Below, piece by piece: positions 44,425 to 53,674 of a DNA stretch of 64,000 nucleotides. Below the pieces are notes generated by a model, which was not told the origin of the DNA, searched no databases, and saw only the letters and a list, made by a program, of their open reading frames with translations. Position 1 is the first letter of the stretch. Every line of letters begins with the position of its first letter. The stretch is from Longimicrobiales bacterium (GTDB lineage Bacteria > Gemmatimonadota > Gemmatimonadetes > Longimicrobiales > Gaopeijiaceae): the NCBI GenBank assembly GCA_965116905.1, contig OZ220732.1, forward strand, positions 224,001 to 288,000, given 5' to 3'. The translations under genes were made by a program, and so were the position numbers.

Positions 44425-44991
44425 CTAGAGCGAAGGCAGCGCCAGGGAACCCGTCGCCTTGAGTACGAGCAGGACCATTCCCGCGACGGCTCCGAGCGCG
44501 GCTTCATACTCCCGGTTCCGCATGTAGCGAGCCAGCGAAAAGTCCGTCGTTGCGACCCCGAGACCGGGCTGCGGACGGTAGGGCGAGAGTCTGGGAACGA
44601 AGCTGGGGACCGAATCGCGATAGTCGCGGTAGCCGTCCCGAAACCGGGTCTCCAGGCTGGTGCTCTCGTGCGCCATCGCCGTCCGGTAGGCCAGCGCGAA
44701 GTAGCCGAGAAAGACGACGCCCAGCAACGGCCGCCCGCCCGCCACGGCAGCCCCCGTGCCCAACAGAAAGCTGCCCACGTACAGCGGGTTGCGCGTGAAT
44801 GCGTAGGGCCCCGACACCGCCAGCTTCCGGTCCTTGTCCAGAACGCCGGCGGCCCACCCGCGAATCGCCAGTCCCGCGAGCACGATGACTCCGCCGATCC
44901 AGACGGACTCCGCGACGGGCCGGGCCATCCAGAAGAATGCGATGCCGAGCACCCAGGCCAGCGGCAACCGGAGGCTGCGGGCGGTGGCCAT
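44425..44991 (-). CDS. Isoprenylcysteine carboxyl methyltransferase / PEMT family membrane protein
   Basis: LAVSGPYAFTRNPLYVGS, E...L..RF...Y..Y...VPSFVP. Confidence 0.85.
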   Translation of the reverse strand: MATARSLRLPLAWVLGIAFFWMARPVAESVWIGGVIVLAGLAIRGWAAGVLDKDRKLAVSGPYAFTRNPLYVGSFLLGTGAAVAGGRPLLGVVFLGYFALAYRTAMAHESTSLETRFRDGYRDYRDSVPSFVPRLSPYRPQPGLGVATTDFSLARYMRNREYEAALGAVAGMVLLVLKATGSLALPSL

Positions 44992-45022
44992 CACCCGGCT
45001 GCGTACACCCGAACCGCGGCCA

Positions 45023-45892
45023 TCACCCCCCCGGCGTCGCGGCGGCGGTCCCCGGCTCCACGTGCAGGACTTCCTCCAGGTGCAATGTGAGGTTCAGGGG
45101 CAGGAACGGCCCGTCGACCTTCATGTAGACCACCATCCTGCGTTCGTCGTCCGATAGGTGGATCTCCGCGTCGCCACCCTCCGAAAAGAGGCCGTCCGTC
45201 TGGATGATGGGCCGCACCACCACCGTGTTGAACTCACCGGCCCCCACCTCGCGCCGATCCTTGCGCAGCACATCGAGAACGATCGGGTTCCCCTCGTCTT
45301 TGTAGAAACGGTCGAAGGCGTAGCTCTGGCCCACCTCGAGCGCGAGCGTGCGGGTAAAGTAGACGATCGATATGTCGTCGAGGGGCTCGGGGTCGGGGAG
45401 CGCCCACGTCGTGTCGTGGTCGATCCTCTGCACGCGGTGCTCCGCGGGGAAGAACTCGTATTCGCGGTAGCGCTCGCCCTGGTCCTTCACAAAGCGCCTG
45501 GCGAACAGCCCCTCGGTGTCGATCCACGAGGTGAAGGTCTCGTCGATGCCGTATCCCAGCACGCTGCCCTTGAGTCGCCACTCGGCCACGTACGCGGGCA
45601 TGCCGTGAATCGTGTCGATCCCGGCGATGGTCATGTGGGCTTCTCCCACGGAAAAGATGCCGTACTTGACCTTGTACCTCAGGTGCTCGCCCGGCGCGAA
45701 CGGGACGCTGACCATCTCGGGCGACGCCCGGTCGAGCGAGTCCGCCGCTGTCGGCGCTTGGGCATCGGCGCGCGCTGCCACACCGGCCAGGGCAAGCGCC
45801 ATCAGCACCCGAGAGCCGCGATGCCGCCAGCCGCCAAGCCACCGGCCGCCATGCCGCCGACCACGATGCCGCCGACCGCTATGCCGCGCCAT
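45023..45892 (-). CDS. DUF3108 domain secreted protein (start uncertain)
   Basis: PFAPGEHLRYKVKYG, EVGAGEFNTVVVRP, IHLSDDERR. Confidence 0.75.
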   Translation of the reverse strand: MARHSGRRHRGRRHGGRWLGGWRHRGSRVLMALALAGVAARADAQAPTAADSLDRASPEMVSVPFAPGEHLRYKVKYGIFSVGEAHMTIAGIDTIHGMPAYVAEWRLKGSVLGYGIDETFTSWIDTEGLFARRFVKDQGERYREYEFFPAEHRVQRIDHDTTWALPDPEPLDDISIVYFTRTLALEVGQSYAFDRFYKDEGNPIVLDVLRKDRREVGAGEFNTVVVRPIIQTDGLFSEGGDAEIHLSDDERRMVVYMKVDGPFLPLNLTLHLEEVLHVEPGTAAATPGG

Positions 45893-46655
45893 GGCCCTTC
45901 GGCTCCAGCGGCGGAGACTTCCGCAACCGCAGGATCTGGCGCAATGTCGGCAGGATGCGAAGCCGCGTCGGGCGCGGCCGCAGGTCGTACCGGCGGGTCA
46001 GGGGCACGTGTGAGACCCTGCGGGCGAACGGGGTCAGCACCTTCATCAACTCGGCGTTGGCGGCCCAGCCGTCGGTGCTGACCAGGCGCTTGCCGCCAGC
46101 CTCCCGCATCGCCTTCCTGACGACGATGGCCCGGTAGACGCGGAACCCGGCAAGCCAGTCGCCACCGGACGCGTCGGGCACGATGCGCCCGATCGCGAGC
46201 GCACCCAGCCAACGGGCGAAACGCTCTCTCCGCGGCACATCCGCCACGCCCGCCGCGGAATCGCCCGCCACGCCCGCCGCGGACTCGCCCGCCACGATAT
46301 CCGCGCCACCTTCGAACGTCTTGACAAGCGCGGGCAGGTGCTCCGGGTGCTCCGTGAAATCGCCCTGCATGGTGACGATCCCATCCCGCTTCGGGTAGCG
46401 CGTGCTCTCCACCGCCGCCCGCAACAGTTTCTCCATGGCGCGGCCGTACCCGATGGACTGCCGCTCGGAGAGCACGGTCAGCGGCATCACGCGCCTGTAT
46501 TTTTCCAGCAATGCCCGAGTGCCGTCCGTGGAGGCGTCGTCGAGCACGAGGACGTGGAAGTCGCGCCCCAATTCCCCCATGACGCGCCGGATCTTCCAGA
46601 GCAGCACGCCGATGGTGCGGTCCTCGTCCCTGCAGGGAATACAGATGTGGATCAT
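45879..46655 (-). CDS. Glycosyltransferase family 2-like protein
   Basis: ICIPCRDE, VLDDASTDGT, GYGRA, TMQGDFT, GFRVYR. Confidence 0.8.
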   Translation of the reverse strand: MIHICIPCRDEDRTIGVLLWKIRRVMGELGRDFHVLVLDDASTDGTRALLEKYRRVMPLTVLSERQSIGYGRAMEKLLRAAVESTRYPKRDGIVTMQGDFTEHPEHLPALVKTFEGGADIVAGESAAGVAGDSAAGVADVPRRERFARWLGALAIGRIVPDASGGDWLAGFRVYRAIVVRKAMREAGGKRLVSTDGWAANAELMKVLTPFARRVSHVPLTRRYDLRPRPTRLRILPTLRQILRLRKSPPLEPKGHGAA

Positions 46656-46704
46656 CGGTCCGGAGTTCGGTCGGATGGTGGAGAATGAATCTACACCAAA
46701 CGCT

Positions 46705-47622
46705 TCAGGGTGGCGGTGTCTTCCAACGCCTATGATGCCAGAAGTACTGGCACGGTTGCCTCCGGACCTGCTCTTCCAGGCGACTCGTGAACGCCCGGGT
46801 CCGTGTCCTGACGGCCTCGGTGCGATCACGCTCCCGCTCCACCTCGGGGATCGCCTCGATGCGCACCTCGTAGCGCGGCCTCCATCCCGGCAGCCGAATC
46901 GCGCGGAAGGTCGCCAGCACCACCCCGGCCCGCATGGACAGCACGGCCGGACCACGCGCCGTCGACGCGGGCCGCCCGAAGAAGTCCACGAACACCCCCG
47001 CCCCCCTCGCGTCCTGGTCCCCCATGAGCCCCACAACCCGGCCCGCCTGGAGCGACGCCAGCGCCCCCCCCACCGCCTCCCCCCTCGGGATCACGCCGAC
47101 GCCCAGTCTCCTGCGCGCCCGGGTCAGGTACCGGTCGAAGTGACGATTGCGCTGCCGCGCCACGATGATGTCCATCGGAAAGCCGCGCGCGACCACCCCC
47201 GCCGCCCCTACCTCCCAGTTGCCCAGGTGCCCGCTCACCACCATGATCCCCCGGCCCTCGCGCGCGGCCTTCTCCAGCAGTTCGCGCCCCACCAGGCGGG
47301 TCCGCTTCAGGATTTCGGCCCGGCTGGCTCCGGCGAGGCGGAACATGGCCACCGCTTCGCGCCCGAAGTGCGAATAACAGCGCCGCGCCACGGTGCGCCG
47401 CCACCGTTCCGTCGCATCGGGAAAGGCAATGCGCAGTTGCGCCGTCACCACCCCCCACCGGGGACGTCCCACCCGCGCGGCCACCCAGCCGAGCAGCGTT
47501 CCCGCGCGATCGGCCACCACGGCCGGCAGGCCGCCGCACACGGCCGCCACCGCACGCACCAGGGCAAACTCCAGGCGGTGCCGCAATCTGCGCCTGAGCG
47601 GCTCGCCGTTTCGCGCGCTCAT
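46705..47622 (-). CDS. Lipid A biosynthesis acyltransferase (LpxL/HtrB family)
   Basis: SGHLGNWE, GDQD, VDFFGRPA, QYFWHHRRWKT. Confidence 0.9.
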   Translation of the reverse strand: MSARNGEPLRRRLRHRLEFALVRAVAAVCGGLPAVVADRAGTLLGWVAARVGRPRWGVVTAQLRIAFPDATERWRRTVARRCYSHFGREAVAMFRLAGASRAEILKRTRLVGRELLEKAAREGRGIMVVSGHLGNWEVGAAGVVARGFPMDIIVARQRNRHFDRYLTRARRRLGVGVIPRGEAVGGALASLQAGRVVGLMGDQDARGAGVFVDFFGRPASTARGPAVLSMRAGVVLATFRAIRLPGWRPRYEVRIEAIPEVERERDRTEAVRTRTRAFTSRLEEQVRRQPCQYFWHHRRWKTPPP

Positions 47623-49430
47623 TGGAATTGCAGTTCCCGCAGCCGCCGGTACAGGCCGTCCTCCTCCATCAGGGTGGCGTGGGTGCCCTGCTGCGCGACA
47701 CGGCCCCCGTCGACCACGACGATCAGGTCGGCGCGCCGAATCGTCGAGAGGCGGTGCGCGATGACGAAGACCGTGCGACCCTCCAGGAGCCGTTTCATCG
47801 CTCCCTGCACGAGACGCTCCGACTCCGTGTCGAGCGCACTCGTCGCTTCGTCGAGAATCAGGATCGGCGGGTCGCGCAACAAGGCGCGCGCGATCGCGAT
47901 CCGCTGGCGCTGTCCCCCCGAGAGCGTGGTTCCCCGCTCTCCGACGACCGTCTCGTAGCCGTCCGGCAGGGCCGATATGAAATCGTGGGCGCGCGCCGTA
48001 CGCGCCGCGTCCTCGACCTCGCCCGCGGACGCCTCCGGCATTCCGTATGCGATATTGGCGCGCACCGTATCGTGGAACAGGACCGTGTCCTGCGACACCA
48101 CGCCCAGGCCCGCCCGCAATGACGCCAGCCGGAATTCCCGCACATCGGCGCCGTCGATCTCGACCGCGCCGGTCACGGGGTCGTAGAAGCGGGAGAGAAG
48201 GTCCACGATGGTGGTCTTCCCCGCACCGCTCGGCCCCACCAGCGCCACGAACGAGCCCGCCGGCACACGGAAGTCCACGTCCTTCAGGACCGGGTCGCCG
48301 CTCCGGTACTCCATGCCCACACTCCGGTAGCGGACCTCCCTGGAGACACCCCTGAATTCGCGGACTCCCTCCCGGCCCCGGGCCTCGGCAGGCGCATCGA
48401 GGAACTCGAAGACCCGCTCGGCACCGGCCAGGCCGGGTTGAATCAGCGCGGGCAGCTTGGCGAGATACTTGACCGGCGCATACAGGCGCGTGCTGAGCAG
48501 AATGAAGCCGAGGAAGGCCGCGCCCGACAGGGTATCGTCCACCACGACCATGCTGGCGCCGTACCAGAGCAGGACTGCAGTACCCGCGACCACCAGGAAC
48601 TCCGTGATCGGACCCGCGAGGGCGCGCAGACGGACGGTTCGGAGGAAGGTGTCGAAGTACGCGCGCGTAAGGTCGCGGAAGCGACGTCGCTCCAGCGGCT
48701 CGGCCGACGCGGATTTCACCATGCGGATTCCGGACACGGTCTCCTGAATATGGGAACCGACCTGGCCCGCCAGATCGAGGACGCGCCGGTCACCGCGCCT
48801 GAGCCGACGCACCAGCGGACCCCAGATCACCATGGCCAGCGGGACGACGACGAAGGCCGCCGCGGTCAGGCGGGCCGAGATCTCGATCATCCAGTACAGG
48901 CACGCCGTGAACTGCAGGACCGCCGCCAGCGTCTGCGTGAGCTCCCTGGTGACCAGGGTGCGCAGCTGCTCCACGTCGTGGGTCAGGCGCGAGACGATCT
49001 GGCCGGTACGCACCCTCGCGAAGAAGGCAAGGTCCAGGTCGAGGAGGTGGCCGTACACCCGGTTGCGCAGGTCGCGCGCGACCCCCTGTTCGACGCGCGC
49101 AGCGAGGCAGGCGCGCGCGAAGTCGACGGCGTTCTTCAGCGCGACCAGGACCAGCAGGAAAAGGATGATCCCGCCCACGACCGACTGAGGGTCGCCCTGG
49201 AGGTCCACGAAACGTCCCACCGTGGACTCGAGCACCTGCGCCACCCGTGCCGGCGCCTCGCCCGTCGCCGTGGCCGCACCGCTCTCGCCGAACACCGTCG
49301 CCAGGAACGGGATCAGCACGACGAACGAGAACGCGTCGAGCGCGGAGTAGGCGGCGCTTGCGGCCACCGAAAGGAGCAGGACGCCCCGGTGGGGGGCGAG
49401 GTGGGCGAGAATCCTGCGCCAGGTGGTCAT
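47619..49430 (-). CDS. msbA: Lipid A/LPS flippase-type ABC transporter (MsbA-like)
   Basis: TM domain plus GPSGAGKT, LSGGQRQR, ILDEATSALD, IAHRLST; overlaps the lpxL-like gene. Confidence 0.8.
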   Translation of the reverse strand: MTTWRRILAHLAPHRGVLLLSVAASAAYSALDAFSFVVLIPFLATVFGESGAATATGEAPARVAQVLESTVGRFVDLQGDPQSVVGGIILFLLVLVALKNAVDFARACLAARVEQGVARDLRNRVYGHLLDLDLAFFARVRTGQIVSRLTHDVEQLRTLVTRELTQTLAAVLQFTACLYWMIEISARLTAAAFVVVPLAMVIWGPLVRRLRRGDRRVLDLAGQVGSHIQETVSGIRMVKSASAEPLERRRFRDLTRAYFDTFLRTVRLRALAGPITEFLVVAGTAVLLWYGASMVVVDDTLSGAAFLGFILLSTRLYAPVKYLAKLPALIQPGLAGAERVFEFLDAPAEARGREGVREFRGVSREVRYRSVGMEYRSGDPVLKDVDFRVPAGSFVALVGPSGAGKTTIVDLLSRFYDPVTGAVEIDGADVREFRLASLRAGLGVVSQDTVLFHDTVRANIAYGMPEASAGEVEDAARTARAHDFISALPDGYETVVGERGTTLSGGQRQRIAIARALLRDPPILILDEATSALDTESERLVQGAMKRLLEGRTVFVIAHRLSTIRRADLIVVVDGGRVAQQGTHATLMEEDGLYRRLRELQFQ

Positions 49431-49452
49431 TCGCGGACCGCGCGGACGGCCG

Positions 49453-51021
49453 TCAGCGGGGCCGGGGTCGCAGCACCGCGACCGGCACGATCATCTCTTC
49501 CGGCGATATGCCGCCGTGGAGGAAGGAGTTGCGGTAGCGCCGCTGGTGTTCGCGCAGCTTGGTCGGGTAGACGAAGAAGCAGTCGTCCAGCGCGACCATG
49601 TAGTTCATCCGCAGGCTCCCGCGCGGAAGGCGCAGATCCGCTGCGCGCCTCGTCGTGAAGGCCGAACTCGGATCCTGCGCGCGCAGGTCGTTTCCCATTT
49701 TGTAGCGCAGGCTCGTGCTCGCGCCTCGTCGTGCGTAGATGGTCGCCGGACGGCGGCAGTGAATCGAGCCGTGGTCCGTGGTCAGCACCACCCGGTGTCC
49801 CTGGGCCGCCGCCTCCTTCAGCACGGCAAAGGCCGTCGACCGCTCGAACCAGGAGCGGGTGAGCTGCCTGAGGGCGGCTTCGTCCTTGGCCACTTCCATC
49901 AGAATGGGCGACTCGGAGCGGCCGTGGGTCATCAGGTCCACGAAGTTGAACACCACGGCGATCACACCGCCCTTGACCCGGGACGCCGACCTCAGCCGAC
50001 CTCGCACCTGCGCCTCGTTGCGATCGGTGAAGACCTTCTCGTAGTGGACCGGAACGGCGCGCCCCGTGAGTCTGTGCAACTGTTCCCTGAGGAGTTCGTC
50101 CTCGAAGGCGTTCAGCGACCCCTCGTCATCCGAGGCGTCCCACCATTCCGGCCGCGCCCGGGCGATCTCGTCGGGGAACAGGCCGGAGAAGATGGCGTTG
50201 CGCGCATACGGCGTCGCGGTCGGCAGGATGGAGTAGTGGTATCCTTCGTCCACATCGAAGAACTCGCCGATCAGCGGCGAGATGGCGCGCCACTGGTCCA
50301 GGCGCATGCAGTCCAGGACCACGAAGTAGACCGGATCCTTGCCGAGCAGCGGAAGCAGGCGCCGCTCGACCACGTCGACCGACAGTTCCGGACGGCCGGC
50401 GTCGCCCCTCATCCAGCGCGGATATACGCGCGCTACCCAGCGGCCGAAGTCATGCCGCAGGTCCTCCTGCAGAGACTCCACCGTTCCGAGGAGACCCGTC
50501 TCGCCGGACCGCTCCAGCCAAAGGTGCCAGTCGACGAGCTCCTGATACACACGCGCGAACGCCGAGGGGCTGGACGCCTGCTCGCGCATTCGGGACAGCG
50601 CCGGCCAACGGGCCGCGAAGTCCTGGGCTGCGCGCTGCTGCTGGATGGAGGACCCCTCCAGAATGCGGGTAACCACCGACAGCACCTGGCGAGGACTGGT
50701 GGGCTTCACCAGGTAGTCCTCCACGTGGCGTCCGATCGCCTCCGTCATCGTGCGGTCCTCTTCGGACTTCGTCACCATGACGACGCGTGCGTAGGGATCG
50801 TCGCGGCGGATGAGCTTCAGGACCTCCAGGCCGCGCCGGCCCGGCATCTGTTCGTCCAGCAGGATCAGGTCGTAGGTATGCCCGCGCAGAAGGGCCAGCG
50901 CGTCGTCGCCGTTGGTGATGGCGTCGACGTGATAGCCCCGCTGCTGAAGAAAGAGCAGGTGAGGACGGAGAAGGTCGATCTCGTCGTCCACCCATAGAAT
51001 CCGCTTGGCCGAACGTCGCAT
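49453..51021 (-). CDS. PorX-like response regulator (REC + PglZ/alkaline phosphatase domain)
   Basis: ILWVDDE, LLDEQMPG; DCMRLDQW, LPTATPYARNAIF, TTDHGS, HGGISPEEM. Confidence 0.88.
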   Translation of the reverse strand: MRRSAKRILWVDDEIDLLRPHLLFLQQRGYHVDAITNGDDALALLRGHTYDLILLDEQMPGRRGLEVLKLIRRDDPYARVVMVTKSEEDRTMTEAIGRHVEDYLVKPTSPRQVLSVVTRILEGSSIQQQRAAQDFAARWPALSRMREQASSPSAFARVYQELVDWHLWLERSGETGLLGTVESLQEDLRHDFGRWVARVYPRWMRGDAGRPELSVDVVERRLLPLLGKDPVYFVVLDCMRLDQWRAISPLIGEFFDVDEGYHYSILPTATPYARNAIFSGLFPDEIARARPEWWDASDDEGSLNAFEDELLREQLHRLTGRAVPVHYEKVFTDRNEAQVRGRLRSASRVKGGVIAVVFNFVDLMTHGRSESPILMEVAKDEAALRQLTRSWFERSTAFAVLKEAAAQGHRVVLTTDHGSIHCRRPATIYARRGASTSLRYKMGNDLRAQDPSSAFTTRRAADLRLPRGSLRMNYMVALDDCFFVYPTKLREHQRRYRNSFLHGGISPEEMIVPVAVLRPRPR

Positions 51022-51097
51022 TACCGGAAGTTAGCACGGCTCGCGCCCCGCCGCCCCCACGGCGGCCGACAAGCGCAGTCGCGTGCCGGCGAAGCTG

Positions 51098-51757
51098 CTA
51101 CATGCTGATCGTATAGCGGAACCACGCCGCCACGGGTTCGCCGTTTTGCGTGCCCGGTCGAAAGATCCACTCGGCAGCTTCCCGAATCAGCTGGCGGTTG
51201 AAGCCCCGGTCCCGCGTTGCCGGATCCAGCCGGGTCGAGTCGGGAACGACCTGGCCGATCTCATCGACGAACACCCATACGTCGACCGTCGTCCCGCGGA
51301 GGCTCCTGTTGGCGGGCGGGATGATCATTCCGCGCGGCGTCGGGGGCATCACGCGCCGAAGTCCCTCTTCGGCGGTGCCACCGTCGCCCGCGCCGTCTCC
51401 GGTCTCCAGTCCCGGAGGCCCCGGGGGTCCGGGACGCTCCCCGAGCAGCGACGCGATCTCGATGACCGGTTCCGGTTCCAGGTCGACGACGTCCATTTCG
51501 ATTTCCACGGGCAGTGGAATCTCCGGCGGCCGGATCGGGCGGGGGGGCGGCACGACCACGTTGACGGACTGCATGCCGCCGGCGGCCGCCCGGTTGTCGC
51601 CTGCCTTCGGCCCCGCGGCCGCGAACGGCGACGGGGGGATGGGCGGCCCGCCCGCGATCAGCAGCACGGCAAGGTGCAGCAGCAGGGACACGACGAGCCC
51701 GCGCCTCCACATCGCCCGCTCCTGCTGGCGGCGACTCCTTACGTTGGCAACGTCCAT
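51098..51757 (-). CDS. TonB-like energy transducer
   Basis: TM helix SLLLH, Pro-rich linker, C-domain VWVFVDEIGQV...WIFRPG..NGEPV. Confidence 0.75.
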   Translation of the reverse strand: MDVANVRSRRQQERAMWRRGLVVSLLLHLAVLLIAGGPPIPPSPFAAAGPKAGDNRAAAGGMQSVNVVVPPPRPIRPPEIPLPVEIEMDVVDLEPEPVIEIASLLGERPGPPGPPGLETGDGAGDGGTAEEGLRRVMPPTPRGMIIPPANRSLRGTTVDVWVFVDEIGQVVPDSTRLDPATRDRGFNRQLIREAAEWIFRPGTQNGEPVAAWFRYTISM

Positions 51758-51774
51758 TTTCAGCCTGGGTGCTC

Positions 51775-51837
51775 GAATGCGGCCGGCCCCGCCCCGAATG
51801 CGGCCGGCCCTGCGCGGAATGCGGCCGGCCCTGCGCG
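51775..51837. repeat. 21-bp tandem repeat x3 (GAATGCGGCCGGCCCTGCGCG)
   Basis: Read directly; lies in a divergent intergenic region. Confidence 0.9.
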
Positions 51838-51937
51838 GATACGTTCCATACAACCGGGACGGGTGCAGAGTTTCGCACCCGGCGGCGACCACGCATCTTC
51901 CAACGAACCGCCCCTTGCCATAAGGAGAGAACTCTTC

Positions 51938-52729
51938 GTGAACCTCGGACTGAAAGATAGGGCAGCGCTCGTCACCGGCGCATCGAAGGGACTCGGCCGG
52001 GCAGTCGCGGAGAGGCTGGCCCGAGAGGGGGCGGATGTCCTGATCAACTCGAGGTCCCCCGGAGCGCTCGAAGCCACGGCAGCCGAGATCGCGCGGGATT
52101 CCGGCCGGCGGGTCGTGGCCGCCGCCGGCAGCGTCGCCGACGAGGCGTTCTGTTCGCACCTGGTAGAGCGCGCGGTTTCCGCGTTCGGACGCCTCGACAT
52201 TCTGGTCGCCAACGCCGGCGGTCCACCGCCCGGGGGCGTCGACGACTTCACCCCCGAGGCCTACAGAGCGGCCCTGGACCTGAACCTCATGTCCACTGTC
52301 CAGCTTACCCTGGCTGCCCTGCCGGAGATGCGGAGGAACGGCTGGGGGCGAATCGTGGCGATCACCTCGGTCGCCGTGAAGCAACCGGTCGACAACCTGC
52401 TGCTTTCGAACACCGCGCGCCCGGGCGTCGTAGGGTTCATCAAGACCATATCCCGGGATCTGGCCGCCGAAGGGATTCTCTGCAACGTCGCGGCGCCGGG
52501 CTTCATCCACACGGCCCGGGTCGAGTCTCTTCTGGCCACGCAGGCCGAGGCAAGGGGGACGAGCCGCGAGACCGTGCTCGAGGGGATCGCGGCCGACATC
52601 CCCGCCGGACGGATCGGAAGGCCCGAGGAGTTCGCGAACGGGGTCGTGTTCCTCGCGTCCGAGGCCGCGTCCTACATCACCGGACACACAATGCAGATCG
52701 ACGGCGGGCTCGTGCAGGGATTGCTGTGA
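51938..52729 (+). CDS. SDR family oxidoreductase
   Basis: TGASKGLG, NAGGPP, SNTAR, IPAGRIG.PEE, IDGG; TAAGGAG RBS. Confidence 0.92.
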   Translation: MNLGLKDRAALVTGASKGLGRAVAERLAREGADVLINSRSPGALEATAAEIARDSGRRVVAAAGSVADEAFCSHLVERAVSAFGRLDILVANAGGPPPGGVDDFTPEAYRAALDLNLMSTVQLTLAALPEMRRNGWGRIVAITSVAVKQPVDNLLLSNTARPGVVGFIKTISRDLAAEGILCNVAAPGFIHTARVESLLATQAEARGTSRETVLEGIAADIPAGRIGRPEEFANGVVFLASEAASYITGHTMQIDGGLVQGLL

Positions 52730-52736
52730 CGATGGA

Positions 52737-53648
52737 TTGCGGCAGGATCCGCGGGCGGCCCGGGCGATGAGCATCGAAGAGCGCATTCAGGCGGCCGGGG
52801 GCGGGCGGGCAGGTGCATACCTGGAGCTGACCAAGCCCGGAATCACGGCATTCGTCACGATCACGGCCCTGGCCAGCTACCTGGTGGCCGCCTTGCCCGA
52901 CGTCCTCTACTTCGACCTGTTCCACCTCGCGCTCGGGACCGCGCTCAGCACCGCCGGATCGCTGGCCCTGAACCAATACCTCGAGCGCGCCCCGGATGCG
53001 GTCATGATCCGCACCATGGGGCGCCCGATCCCGTCCGGCAGAATCCCGCACGCGCACGCCGGATTCTTCGGGTGGGCCCTGCTGCTCGCCGGCGTGGGGC
53101 ACATCTGGTTCTGGCTGGGCTGGCTGCCCGCGCTGGTCACGGCGATGGCGGCCCTGCTCTACGATGCCGTCTACACCCCGCTCAAACTTCGGTCTCCGCT
53201 GGCGACCCCGGTCGGGGCGGTCCCCGGCGCCCTGCCCGCGCTCATCGGCTGGACGGCCCACACCGGAAGCATCGACGCCCGTGGCGTGACCCTCTTCGGC
53301 ATCCTCTTCCTTTGGCAACTCATCCACGTCCTGGCCCTCGGCTGGAATCTGCGGACGGACTACGAGCGCGCCGGTTTCCAGCTCATTCCGCCCGGGTCTG
53401 CGGCGCTGGTCGCCGGCCTGATGGTTGGGTACGCCGCGCTTCTGGCACTGGTGAGTGTTCTGCCCACCGTTCTCGGGATGGCCGGCAGCGGCTACCTCGG
53501 GGCCGCGATCGTGCTCGGTGCGGGGATGGTCGCGGTCGCGGTCGCGTTCCTGCACAACCCCACGAGGCGGAACTGCAATCGCGTGTTCGTGGGCTCGCTG
53601 CTGTATCACCCCCTGCTCCTCGGCACGATGGTCGCCGGGGCCCTCTGA
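52737..53648 (+). CDS. ctaB: Protoheme IX farnesyltransferase (heme o synthase); start may be ATG 52767
   Basis: ELTKP, NQYLE...D..M.RT..RPIPSG, YTPLK, GALPALIGW, WQLIH, DYERAG. Confidence 0.9.
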   Translation: MRQDPRAARAMSIEERIQAAGGGRAGAYLELTKPGITAFVTITALASYLVAALPDVLYFDLFHLALGTALSTAGSLALNQYLERAPDAVMIRTMGRPIPSGRIPHAHAGFFGWALLLAGVGHIWFWLGWLPALVTAMAALLYDAVYTPLKLRSPLATPVGAVPGALPALIGWTAHTGSIDARGVTLFGILFLWQLIHVLALGWNLRTDYERAGFQLIPPGSAALVAGLMVGYAALLALVSVLPTVLGMAGSGYLGAAIVLGAGMVAVAVAFLHNPTRRNCNRVFVGSLLYHPLLLGTMVAGAL

Positions 53649-53674
53649 CAGACTGCCTGCTCCCGGAGATCGAA

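Noticed and set aside
49453..51021. BREX defence system (PglZ)
   Set aside because: PglZ is fused to a REC domain (PorX type); no brxC, pglX or brxL nearby.
51775..51837. Mini CRISPR array
   Set aside because: The repeats are contiguous with no spacers.
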